From: an archaeon | GTDB lineage: Archaea; Asgardarchaeota; Thorarchaeia; Thorarchaeales; Thorarchaeaceae | Assembly (NCBI GenBank): GCA_024275415.1 | Contig: JAJRZD010000012.1 | Location: 30,001-62,000 of the forward strand | Reading direction: 5' to 3' | DNA length: 32,000 nucleotides | Shown here: piece by piece, positions 17,070 to 25,467 of the stretch | How positions within the stretch are numbered: position 1 is the first letter of the stretch | How the letters are laid out: every line of letters begins with the position of its first letter | The notes under the pieces: generated by a model | The model's input: the letters and a program-made list of their open reading frames with translations, nothing else | Database searches by the model: none | Told to the model about the DNA's origin: nothing | Translations under genes and position numbers: made by a program

Positions 17070-17516
17070 CTATTTTAAGAAACTACGTTTTAGTTTGTCC
17101 ATGGGACATGCCTTCGTCTTGAGCATTACATCAGGGTTGGCAGCTTGTAGCTTCTCCTTGAACACACCATCTGGGAGCCTGACATACCCGGACTTCTCAA
17201 TCTCGATGAACGCAATCCACGGGCTTTCCTGAAGGGTTTCAATCAACCTCTGGAGATTCTTTGCAGGCTCCTTGGCAGCGGTATCAATCAATGCCTTGCA
17301 GTTGTCACACATAAAAAAGAAACCAGGAAGCTTTACGAGAACCTGCGTGTGTCGCTTGTCTTGACGAGTGGTCTTTTTGTCGACGTGAAAAAGACCTATG
17401 ATTGCATGATGGGAATCCACAGTGTCTGGGACATCACATCCACAGGACAGACACGCCTTTGGCCATCTAAGGGCTATCACATCTTCGCGATTCTTCATAT
17501 CTGAGAATTTGTACAA
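17070..17516 (-). CDS. Hypothetical protein with two CxxC pairs (possible zinc ribbon)
   Basis: CLSCG and CDNCK motifs. It lies 6 bp upstream of the 16050-17063 ORF on the same strand. Confidence 0.65.
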   Translation of the reverse strand: MYKFSDMKNREDVIALRWPKACLSCGCDVPDTVDSHHAIIGLFHVDKKTTRQDKRHTQVLVKLPGFFFMCDNCKALIDTAAKEPAKNLQRLIETLQESPWIAFIEIEKSGYVRLPDGVFKEKLQAANPDVMLKTKACPMDKLKRSFLK

Positions 17517-17639
17517 TGGTATACTCCAAGCCCAACAGGGACAACTATCTTGATATGAAATTTTGGGAAACTAGTGTACATAAACGCAACATACTAGTCC
17601 ACCGCCTGTTCATTTTTCACAGGATGGCCCCCGTAGTGT

Positions 17640-19031
17640 CTACTGGACATCGACCTCGGTGGAGGTCTTGCCAGTGTCCCCAACAGATTCTTTGAGACGT
17701 TCGAAATCAGGGTCTATATTCGTGTACCTCAGGATTATCGCAGACACGATCAGAAATGGAGCGAAGAACGGCCCCCACCAAAGATATCCAAAGAGCTCAC
17801 TGCCTGTGTTTATCACAGAGTAGTCCATGAACCATCCCAAGAGGAATGCTGACGCAGCCTGAAACAGATTCAAAGGTACTCCCTTGAAGCCCTCGTAGAT
17901 TCCAGCCCTGCTCTGTCCAGTGACCAGCTCATCGACATGAGCTATGTCCGCAGGAACGATGTAGCTCATCAGATAATAGACCGCCATGCAGGCAGCCAGT
18001 GGGACAAAGTACAATGACGCCACGAGCACATTTGATATGAATGCCGAGAACTCCCCGAGGAATGGTGTCAATGACATCAATCCAGCAAGTGCCAAAAGCG
18101 AGTAGAACATTGGTTTCCCCTTTCCTACTTTTTTCACAAGCTTGACCCAGATGTACAAGAACACCATTATCGAAACAAGCAAAGCCATTGCTGGTGGAAG
18201 GAGCTTATCGATGCTGTCCAGCAGGAGAACCGACTGGGAGTATCCTACCACCTGAGAGGTAATAGCAGAGTAGCTGAACGACAGGAATCCTATAATGAAC
18301 ATCCATTTCACATAAACGTCGTTCTTCAGTACCAGAGAGGTCTCTGCGATGAGGCTCCTCTTAGGTATCACAATATCGGGTTTTTCGCGGATGAGGGCGA
18401 TGGATGGCAAGTAACAGAGAACCGTGATGATAGCAAATACCAGCACGATCATGAAACCAATCGAGGTTAGACCAGGCGTAGGGGACAAGACAAAGAGGAG
18501 AGGTGTCACGAACCCAATGACCACGCCCAGACCATTGGCAATCCAGTTCGCAGTGTTCTGCATACTAGACACCAGTGGACGTTCATCCTCATCGGTTATC
18601 TCGGGCATCCATGCTTGGAACGCTGTAAGCAAAAACGCATAGAAGAACTTGAAGGTGCATATCATCAAGAGATAATATCCAAATACCAACATCTCATTGG
18701 CTGGATCCGCAGTATTGATGAACCAGTTCGGCACGAACAGCAAGAATCCAGTCACTGCAAGACCAGGGGCTCCTATCACAACGAAAGGCTTCCTACGGCC
18801 CCAACGAGTGTCAATAGAGTCACTGAAGTATCCCGTGAGCCAGTGAGTCAGACCAATGACCACAAACGAAGCAGAAATAGCAATCCCATTGAGAAGCCAA
18901 TTCAGCTCAAAGATTGTTCCGTAGATCCAGAAGGTAGTCAATCCAGCTAGGGACAAGAGGAAAGAAGAACCGAATCGACCCATGCCATAGGCGAATTTCT
19001 TGTAAAAGGGGAGCACTCTACTACACCTCAT
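17640..19031 (-). CDS. MFS transporter, glycoside-pentoside-hexuronide (MelB-like) family
   Basis: FAYGMGRFG, GYFSDSIDTRWGRRKPF, AWMPEITDEDERP, DELVTGQSRAGIYEG, and about 12 TM segments. Confidence 0.92.
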   Translation of the reverse strand: MRCSRVLPFYKKFAYGMGRFGSSFLLSLAGLTTFWIYGTIFELNWLLNGIAISASFVVIGLTHWLTGYFSDSIDTRWGRRKPFVVIGAPGLAVTGFLLFVPNWFINTADPANEMLVFGYYLLMICTFKFFYAFLLTAFQAWMPEITDEDERPLVSSMQNTANWIANGLGVVIGFVTPLLFVLSPTPGLTSIGFMIVLVFAIITVLCYLPSIALIREKPDIVIPKRSLIAETSLVLKNDVYVKWMFIIGFLSFSYSAITSQVVGYSQSVLLLDSIDKLLPPAMALLVSIMVFLYIWVKLVKKVGKGKPMFYSLLALAGLMSLTPFLGEFSAFISNVLVASLYFVPLAACMAVYYLMSYIVPADIAHVDELVTGQSRAGIYEGFKGVPLNLFQAASAFLLGWFMDYSVINTGSELFGYLWWGPFFAPFLIVSAIILRYTNIDPDFERLKESVGDTGKTSTEVDVQ

Positions 19032-19132
19032 TTGCTGTACGCTAATCGATGAAGAAATGTTCTCGAAGATATAAATCTACGGAGTAGCAATCCGTGACCA
19101 ATGAGCGGCGTAGAACTCGCTGTCCAGGTATA

Positions 19133-19615
19133 TTAGGTATGTCTATGCCCATTATGAAGCTCATTCTTGTATGCCCTTGCACAGTGGACGCAGCAGAATC
19201 CCAGTGTCACTCCATCAACCTCCTCATAATGCGCCCCATCATAGACCCTCGCACCGCAACTTGCACAGGTGGACAGTGAAGGTTCCAGTGCGGAAACCGT
19301 TATGGCTGCAAACCGTTTGAATAGCCGATTCGTGAACTCGACTCCTTTCTTAGTCAGCGAGTATACAATCTTCGGTCTCTTTCCCGATGATGCATCAGAC
19401 TTGGTGACAAGCCCACGAGCCTCCAGCTTCTGTAAGAATGGGTAGAGCGTGCCCGCGCTCAATGAATTGCCTGTGCGGTTCTTGAAGGCTCTCATTATCC
19501 CATAGCCGTGGAGTGGGCCTTCATGCAATAGCATCATGATATAGAACTGTGAGAAGTCTGAAAGGATTGAAGAGATCTCGCTACCGGAAGAGTCCTTTGG
19601 TTCACTGTCATTCAT
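19133..19615 (-). CDS. PadR-family transcriptional regulator fused to a C-terminal TRASH/YHS metal-binding domain
   Basis: GPLHGYGIM...LSAGTLYPFLQKLEARGLV...KIVYSLTKKG is PadR. CASCG...GVTLGFCCVHCARAY is TRASH (CxxC...FCCxxC). Confidence 0.9.
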   Translation of the reverse strand: MNDSEPKDSSGSEISSILSDFSQFYIMMLLHEGPLHGYGIMRAFKNRTGNSLSAGTLYPFLQKLEARGLVTKSDASSGKRPKIVYSLTKKGVEFTNRLFKRFAAITVSALEPSLSTCASCGARVYDGAHYEEVDGVTLGFCCVHCARAYKNELHNGHRHT

Positions 19616-19655
19616 TCTTAAGCCTCATAGGAAGTCACACTGATAGGATATATCT

Positions 19656-19677
19656 ATACGGATATATATATCGGTAT
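19656..19677. promoter_or_regulatory. 22-bp AT-rich palindrome (one mismatched pair) upstream of the PadR gene; candidate operator overlapping the TATA region
   Basis: ATACGGATATATATATCGGTAT, with a second palindrome GATATATC at 19647-19654, lies 30-60 bp upstream of the PadR start codon. Confidence 0.4.
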
Positions 19678-19709
19678 TGATGTGGCACCTTTGATGGTGA
19701 GAAATATCT

Positions 19710-20297
19710 TCACCCAATAAAATGATTGCTTTCCTTCGTTTCTTGAGATTCAGACATCATCCTTAGAAGGTCATTGAAAGTACTCTCGATATTATATCCT
19801 GTCTTAGCTGAGGTTTCCTTGAAGACCGCAGGAACGCCCAGTTTCTCGATGAAATACTCTGTGAACTTCCGTCCTTCGTCGGCAGTTACACGTTCCTCCT
19901 CTGGAACCGTTTCACGAAGGTCTGTCTTGTTACCTACAATGACTGTAGGTGGTAGAGGTCCCATATTCTTGTAGGCCTCTACTAACCACTTGCTCGCGTT
20001 GTCAAAGGAGTCCCGATCCACTGTGGAATAGACTAGAATGATACCATTGCAGCCGTGGTAGTAATGTCCTCGAACCTGTTTAAATGATGGCTGACCAGCA
20101 AGATCCCATATTATGAATTTGACGATCTCATTATCGAACAGGACTCGTTTCGTGGCGAGGTCAACACCAATGGTTGCGATGTGTCCTTCAATGAACTCAT
20201 CTCCGAGATAGTTACGTCTAATCGATGTCTTACCTACCGCACCATCCCCAATTAGGACAGCTTTCATTATTTTTGAGCCATCATCTTGATCTCTCAT
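19710..20297 (-). CDS. Small GTPase, Rab/Ras-like
   Basis: G1 GDGAVGKTS, G2 ATIGVD, G3 WDLAGQ, G4 GNKTD, G5 ETSAK. No C-terminal prenylation cysteines. Confidence 0.95.
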   Translation of the reverse strand: MRDQDDGSKIMKAVLIGDGAVGKTSIRRNYLGDEFIEGHIATIGVDLATKRVLFDNEIVKFIIWDLAGQPSFKQVRGHYYHGCNGIILVYSTVDRDSFDNASKWLVEAYKNMGPLPPTVIVGNKTDLRETVPEEERVTADEGRKFTEYFIEKLGVPAVFKETSAKTGYNIESTFNDLLRMMSESQETKESNHFIG

Positions 20298-20419
20298 ATG
20301 GACGAATCCTCTCTCAATTTGGATACCCTTTCAAATATATCCGGCATAGCAATCCTTTGTACTATAGCTTTGGCATCCTACAAAATAAAGGTTAGTGTCT
20401 TTCAGTCCGAGCTGTAATA

Positions 20420-21676
20420 TTACGAGCCTATTCCTTCCAGTATTTTGCCTATTCTCTGTGAGAACCTTCGAGGTGTAACTGAATTGCACCTGACATTTGT
20501 GCATTTGTGAAATGTAGCAAAGTTCTCAAGTCCCTTGCACAGCCTTGCAACCCCATCATCGGTCTGCAGTCTGTCATCTTCAAGGTAGAGTGATACAAGT
20601 TCGAGGACGCCAGTCTTTCTGTGTACTTTCGCGTCAACACGCCCACGCAATTCGTCTTGGTCAAGGATTGGCAGAACGAAATAGCCATACTTGCGCTCCG
20701 CAACAGGCACATAGCATTCGATGCGATAGTCAAAGTCCCATAAAGTCTTGGGATAGTGTCTTTCTCTGAGGATATTATCAAAAGGGGTCAGAATCTTCAC
20801 AGGCTCATCCGCCACGGGGACAGGATCTTTCTCGATACGCGAAGTATAGTTGCTGTGCACAAAATACTTGCCGCTTTGTCCAAAGTCAATCTCTTCCAAG
20901 AGGTCGCCGCACAAATCTGCGAGGTCTGCTTCGATGTTTGCTTTTCTATTCTGCCAGAGATGTCGTGCGGTCAACCTGCCCGTGTAGAGTTGTATATCAC
21001 GATAATCAGCCACACCCAACGAGCGGAACACCAAATCGATTACAAAGCGGGGGATATCCTCTAGCGGCATCGGTTCAGTATCTATCCCTGCAGGAACAAC
21101 GCGTTCTGTGATATCATAGTATTTCTGAAATCCCTCTCGATAAGCAACCATCAGTCGGCCTATGTTCATCAGGTATTCCAGAGCACGCTTCTCGTGTTTC
21201 CAATCCCACCAGCTCTTGCTTTTTGACTCTATACGACCAATATCCTTACTTCGTGTAGGCCCATCTTGCTTGACTTTCTTGTAGACTGCCTCGACGATAT
21301 CGCTGTGCTCAAGACCCCACCTGACGAACCAGCCAGTCTTCTGCTCTCGCATCCTTGCCATCTTCCACGAATAGAAGGAGAACGTATCCATCGGGAGAAG
21401 GCACATAGCATGTGACCAGTATTCGAATAGATTGCCCTTTCGTTCTTCTTTCCAGACAGCACCTTCTTCGTAATCTTGGAAACGGTTGAAGACTATCAAA
21501 TTGTGGCTACGACTCACGACCGAGATTGTATCGATCTGGATATTGTGGATGCGGCGCGCCACCTCGATGATTGAGGTACACGGCTTCCTAGTCCTGAGAC
21601 CCTGTGTTTCTAGAATGAGCCTTCTTACCTGTTCAGGGGATGCCACAATCATAACAACCTGAAAACGAAACCTCAT
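20420..21676 (-). CDS. ycaQ: YcaQ-like (HTH_42 / AlkZ superfamily) DNA glycosylase for interstrand crosslink repair
   Basis: IQIDTISVVSRSH (QxD motif), LFEYWSHAMCLLP, WWDWKHEKRALE, ILTPFDNIL, DYRIECYVPVAERKYGYFVLPIL, GRVDAK. Confidence 0.88.
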   Translation of the reverse strand: MRFRFQVVMIVASPEQVRRLILETQGLRTRKPCTSIIEVARRIHNIQIDTISVVSRSHNLIVFNRFQDYEEGAVWKEERKGNLFEYWSHAMCLLPMDTFSFYSWKMARMREQKTGWFVRWGLEHSDIVEAVYKKVKQDGPTRSKDIGRIESKSKSWWDWKHEKRALEYLMNIGRLMVAYREGFQKYYDITERVVPAGIDTEPMPLEDIPRFVIDLVFRSLGVADYRDIQLYTGRLTARHLWQNRKANIEADLADLCGDLLEEIDFGQSGKYFVHSNYTSRIEKDPVPVADEPVKILTPFDNILRERHYPKTLWDFDYRIECYVPVAERKYGYFVLPILDQDELRGRVDAKVHRKTGVLELVSLYLEDDRLQTDDGVARLCKGLENFATFHKCTNVRCNSVTPRRFSQRIGKILEGIGS

Positions 21677-21766
21677 TTAAGTAGAGTTCTCTCTGTAGAG
21701 GCAAGTATTCACAGACATTGGCTGAAAAGTCGCTCGCGAACGGACATAGGTGAGTCTTGCCGGATA

Positions 21767-22240
21767 CTAAGTCTGATAGTATTCAAGATGGACATCAATG
21801 GCTTGCAAGCCCTGTGCCGTACTTGTTGCCTCACAGCCCAGAACGTAATCTTCGAATTCGGCAATATCAGCAGGGGAGTCGCACCAAAGACCACCCGGCC
21901 CGAGGTCACGAAGCTGGTGGGTTGGCTCGTATTTTAGTGTCAGCGAAAGTTGCCATATTTCGCTCTCAACCGATGTCCCATATTCGCTCGTGTGTTTCAC
22001 AGGAAAGATGAACTGACGAGTTATGTTGTAGTCGAAAACCTCGCCTTTCCCCCAATCATATGTCCCCCACTGGAACAGCAACATATCGCCGTCATCTTCA
22101 ATGACGCAGTTTTCAGCTCGGATCTCCTTGTAAAACTCGATTATCAATTTGACAGCATCGATTGGCTTCAACGCCTTTAGTTCAGCACCCTTCGTCTTCA
22201 TGAATACCTGAAACTCTTGTAATGCATTTTGCGCTAACAT
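21767..22240 (-). CDS. Conserved-looking hypothetical protein
   Basis: 157-aa ORF with protein-like composition (FY...DGDMLLFQWGTYDWG...FDYNITRQF). No function recognised. Confidence 0.7.
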   Translation of the reverse strand: MLAQNALQEFQVFMKTKGAELKALKPIDAVKLIIEFYKEIRAENCVIEDDGDMLLFQWGTYDWGKGEVFDYNITRQFIFPVKHTSEYGTSVESEIWQLSLTLKYEPTHQLRDLGPGGLWCDSPADIAEFEDYVLGCEATSTAQGLQAIDVHLEYYQT

Positions 22241-22517
22241 CTATCTCACTCATCTCTAGAACCAATGGATTCTCTATACATCCACATCCTATTGGTGCTT
22301 CAATCAACGTAGTGATATAAGGAATGTTATGAGGCGACTCCAGACCTTGTATCAAGCGATGATATCCATTTGGTAATGATATCAAAGCATTTACCGACAC
22401 AATGTAACCATCGTCCGAAAGCCAGATATGGTTTCGAAAAATGGAACGCATTGAACACGGAGAGTCTTATATGCTGTGGGGAATAGCCAAACCCAGAGAT
22501 ATTCAGAAGGTCGTTAG

Positions 22518-25415
22518 GTGAAGCGTGTACTGTTGCTCCTAGGGCTAGTTCTGTCGCTAGTAGCCCTAGGAATACCTATCTGTCCCGACAGAGTGCCCGA
22601 TGAACAAGTTGCCAAACCAGTCGCCACCCCAGAGGAGTTTGTGGATGTCGGCGAGAAGAAGGATGTGACGATCAGGTTCGAAAGGGAGTTGACTGTAAAT
22701 GAGATTGAAAATTTCCGGAGGCAGGGAATCTATTTCGATGAAGACCCGAAACACATCGGGGATGTATACCTAGCACGGGCATCTGATGTGGCTCTGGAAT
22801 ATCTGGAAAGGAATCCTATATTTGAAAGGGCCGAACCTCTCAAAAGATCATTCTACCAGTTGCCTAGGGACGTTTCAGCAGGTGAAACTTTTACAAATCT
22901 GACTTGGAACATAAAAGACGGCCAAGGACTGAATCTCACGGGAAAGGACATCATGATTGCCGACCTCGATACTGGGATACAGTGGAGGCATCCGGACTTC
23001 CTCTTTCCTGATGGCGGCGAATACAGCTGGTTCGATGTGTCAATCAATTGGGTCTTTGATAATGGCACGGACGGGATCGATACCAACGGTGACTTGTCGA
23101 TATCTGCGAAAGAAAAGCTCTATTCCATCGACACTGACAACAACTCCGTATTTGATATGGAGTACGATTGGCTCTGGATGGACAACGGGTCTAGCATTGG
23201 TGTGATAGATGATGGTGACTCCTTCTTTATCGTGAACGATACGAACTCTGACGGTAATTTCGATTCAGGAGATACCCTCGTCGGACTGAAGACGCCAAAG
23301 ACGAAGTACATCGTACACAAACCAAGTGGGAGCATCCAAGTCTGGGATCGCGACGTCAACTTGACCTCTAGCACATACTACGATACAGATGGCCATGGCA
23401 CAGGGGTTGCCGGCATATTGAATGGGGGACACCTTGGATTCAGTAGGCAATTCGTCGGCATGGCCCCAGATGCGGAACTCATGGCAATCAACATATTCGG
23501 CTCAGATGGACTCTCGGTCGAAGAGGGTTTGATATGGGCCCGAGACCATGGTGCAGATGTCGTTCTGATCGAGGTCGGGTCGTGGACATACGACTTCTTG
23601 GATGGCTCAAGTAATGCTGAAGCTATGATAGACTCATTAACGGAACAAGGAATCCCAGTGATTGTGCCAGCAGGGAATCTAGGTGGGGCAAAGAGACACA
23701 CTGACACGGCGATAACTGGTAATGTCACTCTTACAGAGCAGTTCGGCGCACCAACTGGGACAGGCATCGGCACTTTTTACATAACGCTCCTGTGTGACCA
23801 GTTGCTAGATAATGCAAAGGTCAATATCACTGAACCCACATCAAGTGGCTCGCTGACCCATCAAATCTCCTTGGGAAGCGGTTATAATTCGTGGTCGTCC
23901 ATATCAACACCTAACGTAACTATCTGGGCATTCGTCGCTAATTCCACGAAACCTGGAAATCACATGATTGCCATTGCTATATCGGGCACAATAGAAGATA
24001 CACAGTTGTGGTCTGTAGATATCCAAATCCAGACGACCGGACACATTCATTTCTATATCTCTGATGATGCAACCTCGTGGAGCGGAGGTGCATATTGGAA
24101 CACTTCGACAAACACGCATTTGATCACATGGCCTTCTACAGCAGACACTGCAATATCCGTGGCATCATATATGTCCCGAAATCTGTGGATTCCTGGCTAT
24201 GGTCAGATTGCCCCCTATTCAGCTGTCGGTCCAAGGATTGACGGGACGCCAAAAATATCAGTTGCGGCCCCGGGTGGATGGGACATTGTTTCGGCATGGT
24301 CCAATGACTCTGCATGGGCAAGTTGGATGACTGGGAAAGGAGGACTGCCCCTATATCCACGCTTTGGCGGGTATCAGCTCTTCAGCGGCACATCAGCGGC
24401 AGGACCACATGTCGCAGGAGCTGCTGCATTGGTTCTTCAGCTCGATATTACCCGAAACCTCAGAATGAAAGATATCATAGAGGCATCTGCATACCAGGAC
24501 ATCTACACAGGAAACCTTGCAAGATACCCGGCAATTCAAAATTCAACAGTCTGGGGTTATGGCAAGCTCAACGCCTGTGCAGCTGTAGAAGAAGTGATGC
24601 AATATCCTGTCATTAATGACCTCTTGCATTCACCTTCAAGTCCAGAATACAACGATACAGTCACAGTGACAGCGAATGTTTCAAACGCGGACTATGTTGG
24701 AATTCATTGGACGACTAACAATTGGACAACAGGCTACGACGCTAACATGACATTCACAAATGGTTTGTACGTATTCGACATACCAGAGTATCCGTACGGG
24801 ACTCGTGTTGACTATAAGATCACCCCGGTGAATACGTCTGCCCTGATGAATCCAGAACAGTCGAGTTGGTATACAGTTGGGGACATGACCCCACCAATAA
24901 TAGACCTCTTTGCTCACAATGCTTCAAGTAGTGTGTTCGATAATACTAGCGTACACGTATCCGTGCTTGTATCAGAACCGCCCGGGTCGTCAGGAATAGA
25001 TTCAGTCGTCCTTGAGGTTTCAGTGGACAACTGGGTCACACTGACGACTACAGTCATGGTATCCAACGGGACACACTATGAGGGGACGATTCAGCCTCAC
25101 ACGTATCCTGCTACTGTCACGTTCAGAGTCGCTGTCAACGACTCTGCTGGAAACAGTAAGGCAAGCTCAGAAGTCACCTATACGATTGAGGAGTCTGGCT
25201 CTACTACGACGACTACCACTTCGACCACTACTACAACTACGACCACAACAGATACCTCGACTACAACAACGTCCGACACAGACACGACTGGGCCTGGCTC
25301 GACAACACCCACAATTGGGATAACTGACTGGATACGTGAGAACATGCTCGTGATGCTTGGAGCAGCATTTGCAGTGTTCATCATCGTGTTAATCATGGTA
25401 GTTCGCAGAAGATAA
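22518..25415 (+). CDS. Secreted, C-terminally membrane-anchored subtilisin-like S8 serine protease
   Basis: Signal peptide. Catalytic D151 (ADLDTG), H293 (DGHGTGVAG), oxyanion N (PAGN), S626 (FSGTSAAGPHVAGAAAL). Ig-like C-terminal domains, Thr-rich linker, TM helix and RRR tail. Confidence 0.95.
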   Translation: MKRVLLLLGLVLSLVALGIPICPDRVPDEQVAKPVATPEEFVDVGEKKDVTIRFERELTVNEIENFRRQGIYFDEDPKHIGDVYLARASDVALEYLERNPIFERAEPLKRSFYQLPRDVSAGETFTNLTWNIKDGQGLNLTGKDIMIADLDTGIQWRHPDFLFPDGGEYSWFDVSINWVFDNGTDGIDTNGDLSISAKEKLYSIDTDNNSVFDMEYDWLWMDNGSSIGVIDDGDSFFIVNDTNSDGNFDSGDTLVGLKTPKTKYIVHKPSGSIQVWDRDVNLTSSTYYDTDGHGTGVAGILNGGHLGFSRQFVGMAPDAELMAINIFGSDGLSVEEGLIWARDHGADVVLIEVGSWTYDFLDGSSNAEAMIDSLTEQGIPVIVPAGNLGGAKRHTDTAITGNVTLTEQFGAPTGTGIGTFYITLLCDQLLDNAKVNITEPTSSGSLTHQISLGSGYNSWSSISTPNVTIWAFVANSTKPGNHMIAIAISGTIEDTQLWSVDIQIQTTGHIHFYISDDATSWSGGAYWNTSTNTHLITWPSTADTAISVASYMSRNLWIPGYGQIAPYSAVGPRIDGTPKISVAAPGGWDIVSAWSNDSAWASWMTGKGGLPLYPRFGGYQLFSGTSAAGPHVAGAAALVLQLDITRNLRMKDIIEASAYQDIYTGNLARYPAIQNSTVWGYGKLNACAAVEEVMQYPVINDLLHSPSSPEYNDTVTVTANVSNADYVGIHWTTNNWTTGYDANMTFTNGLYVFDIPEYPYGTRVDYKITPVNTSALMNPEQSSWYTVGDMTPPIIDLFAHNASSSVFDNTSVHVSVLVSEPPGSSGIDSVVLEVSVDNWVTLTTTVMVSNGTHYEGTIQPHTYPATVTFRVAVNDSAGNSKASSEVTYTIEESGSTTTTTTSTTTTTTTTTDTSTTTTSDTDTTGPGSTTPTIGITDWIRENMLVMLGAAFAVFIIVLIMVVRRR
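25200..25320 (+). repeat. Low-complexity Thr/Ser-rich linker (ACN codon repeats) within the S8 protease
   Basis: STTTTTTSTTTTTTTTTDTSTTTTSDTDTT encoded with mixed ACT/ACG/ACC/ACA codons. Confidence 0.85.
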
Positions 25416-25467
25416 AGAATGGTCTGCCTCGCCTTGGATGGAAAATCGAAGGAGAGGAGATGCTTCT

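Noticed and set aside
25200-25320. ACN-rich tandem tract as a VNTR or contingency locus
   Set aside because: Codons are mixed at the third position, consistent with selection for a Thr-rich linker and not a slipping DNA repeat.
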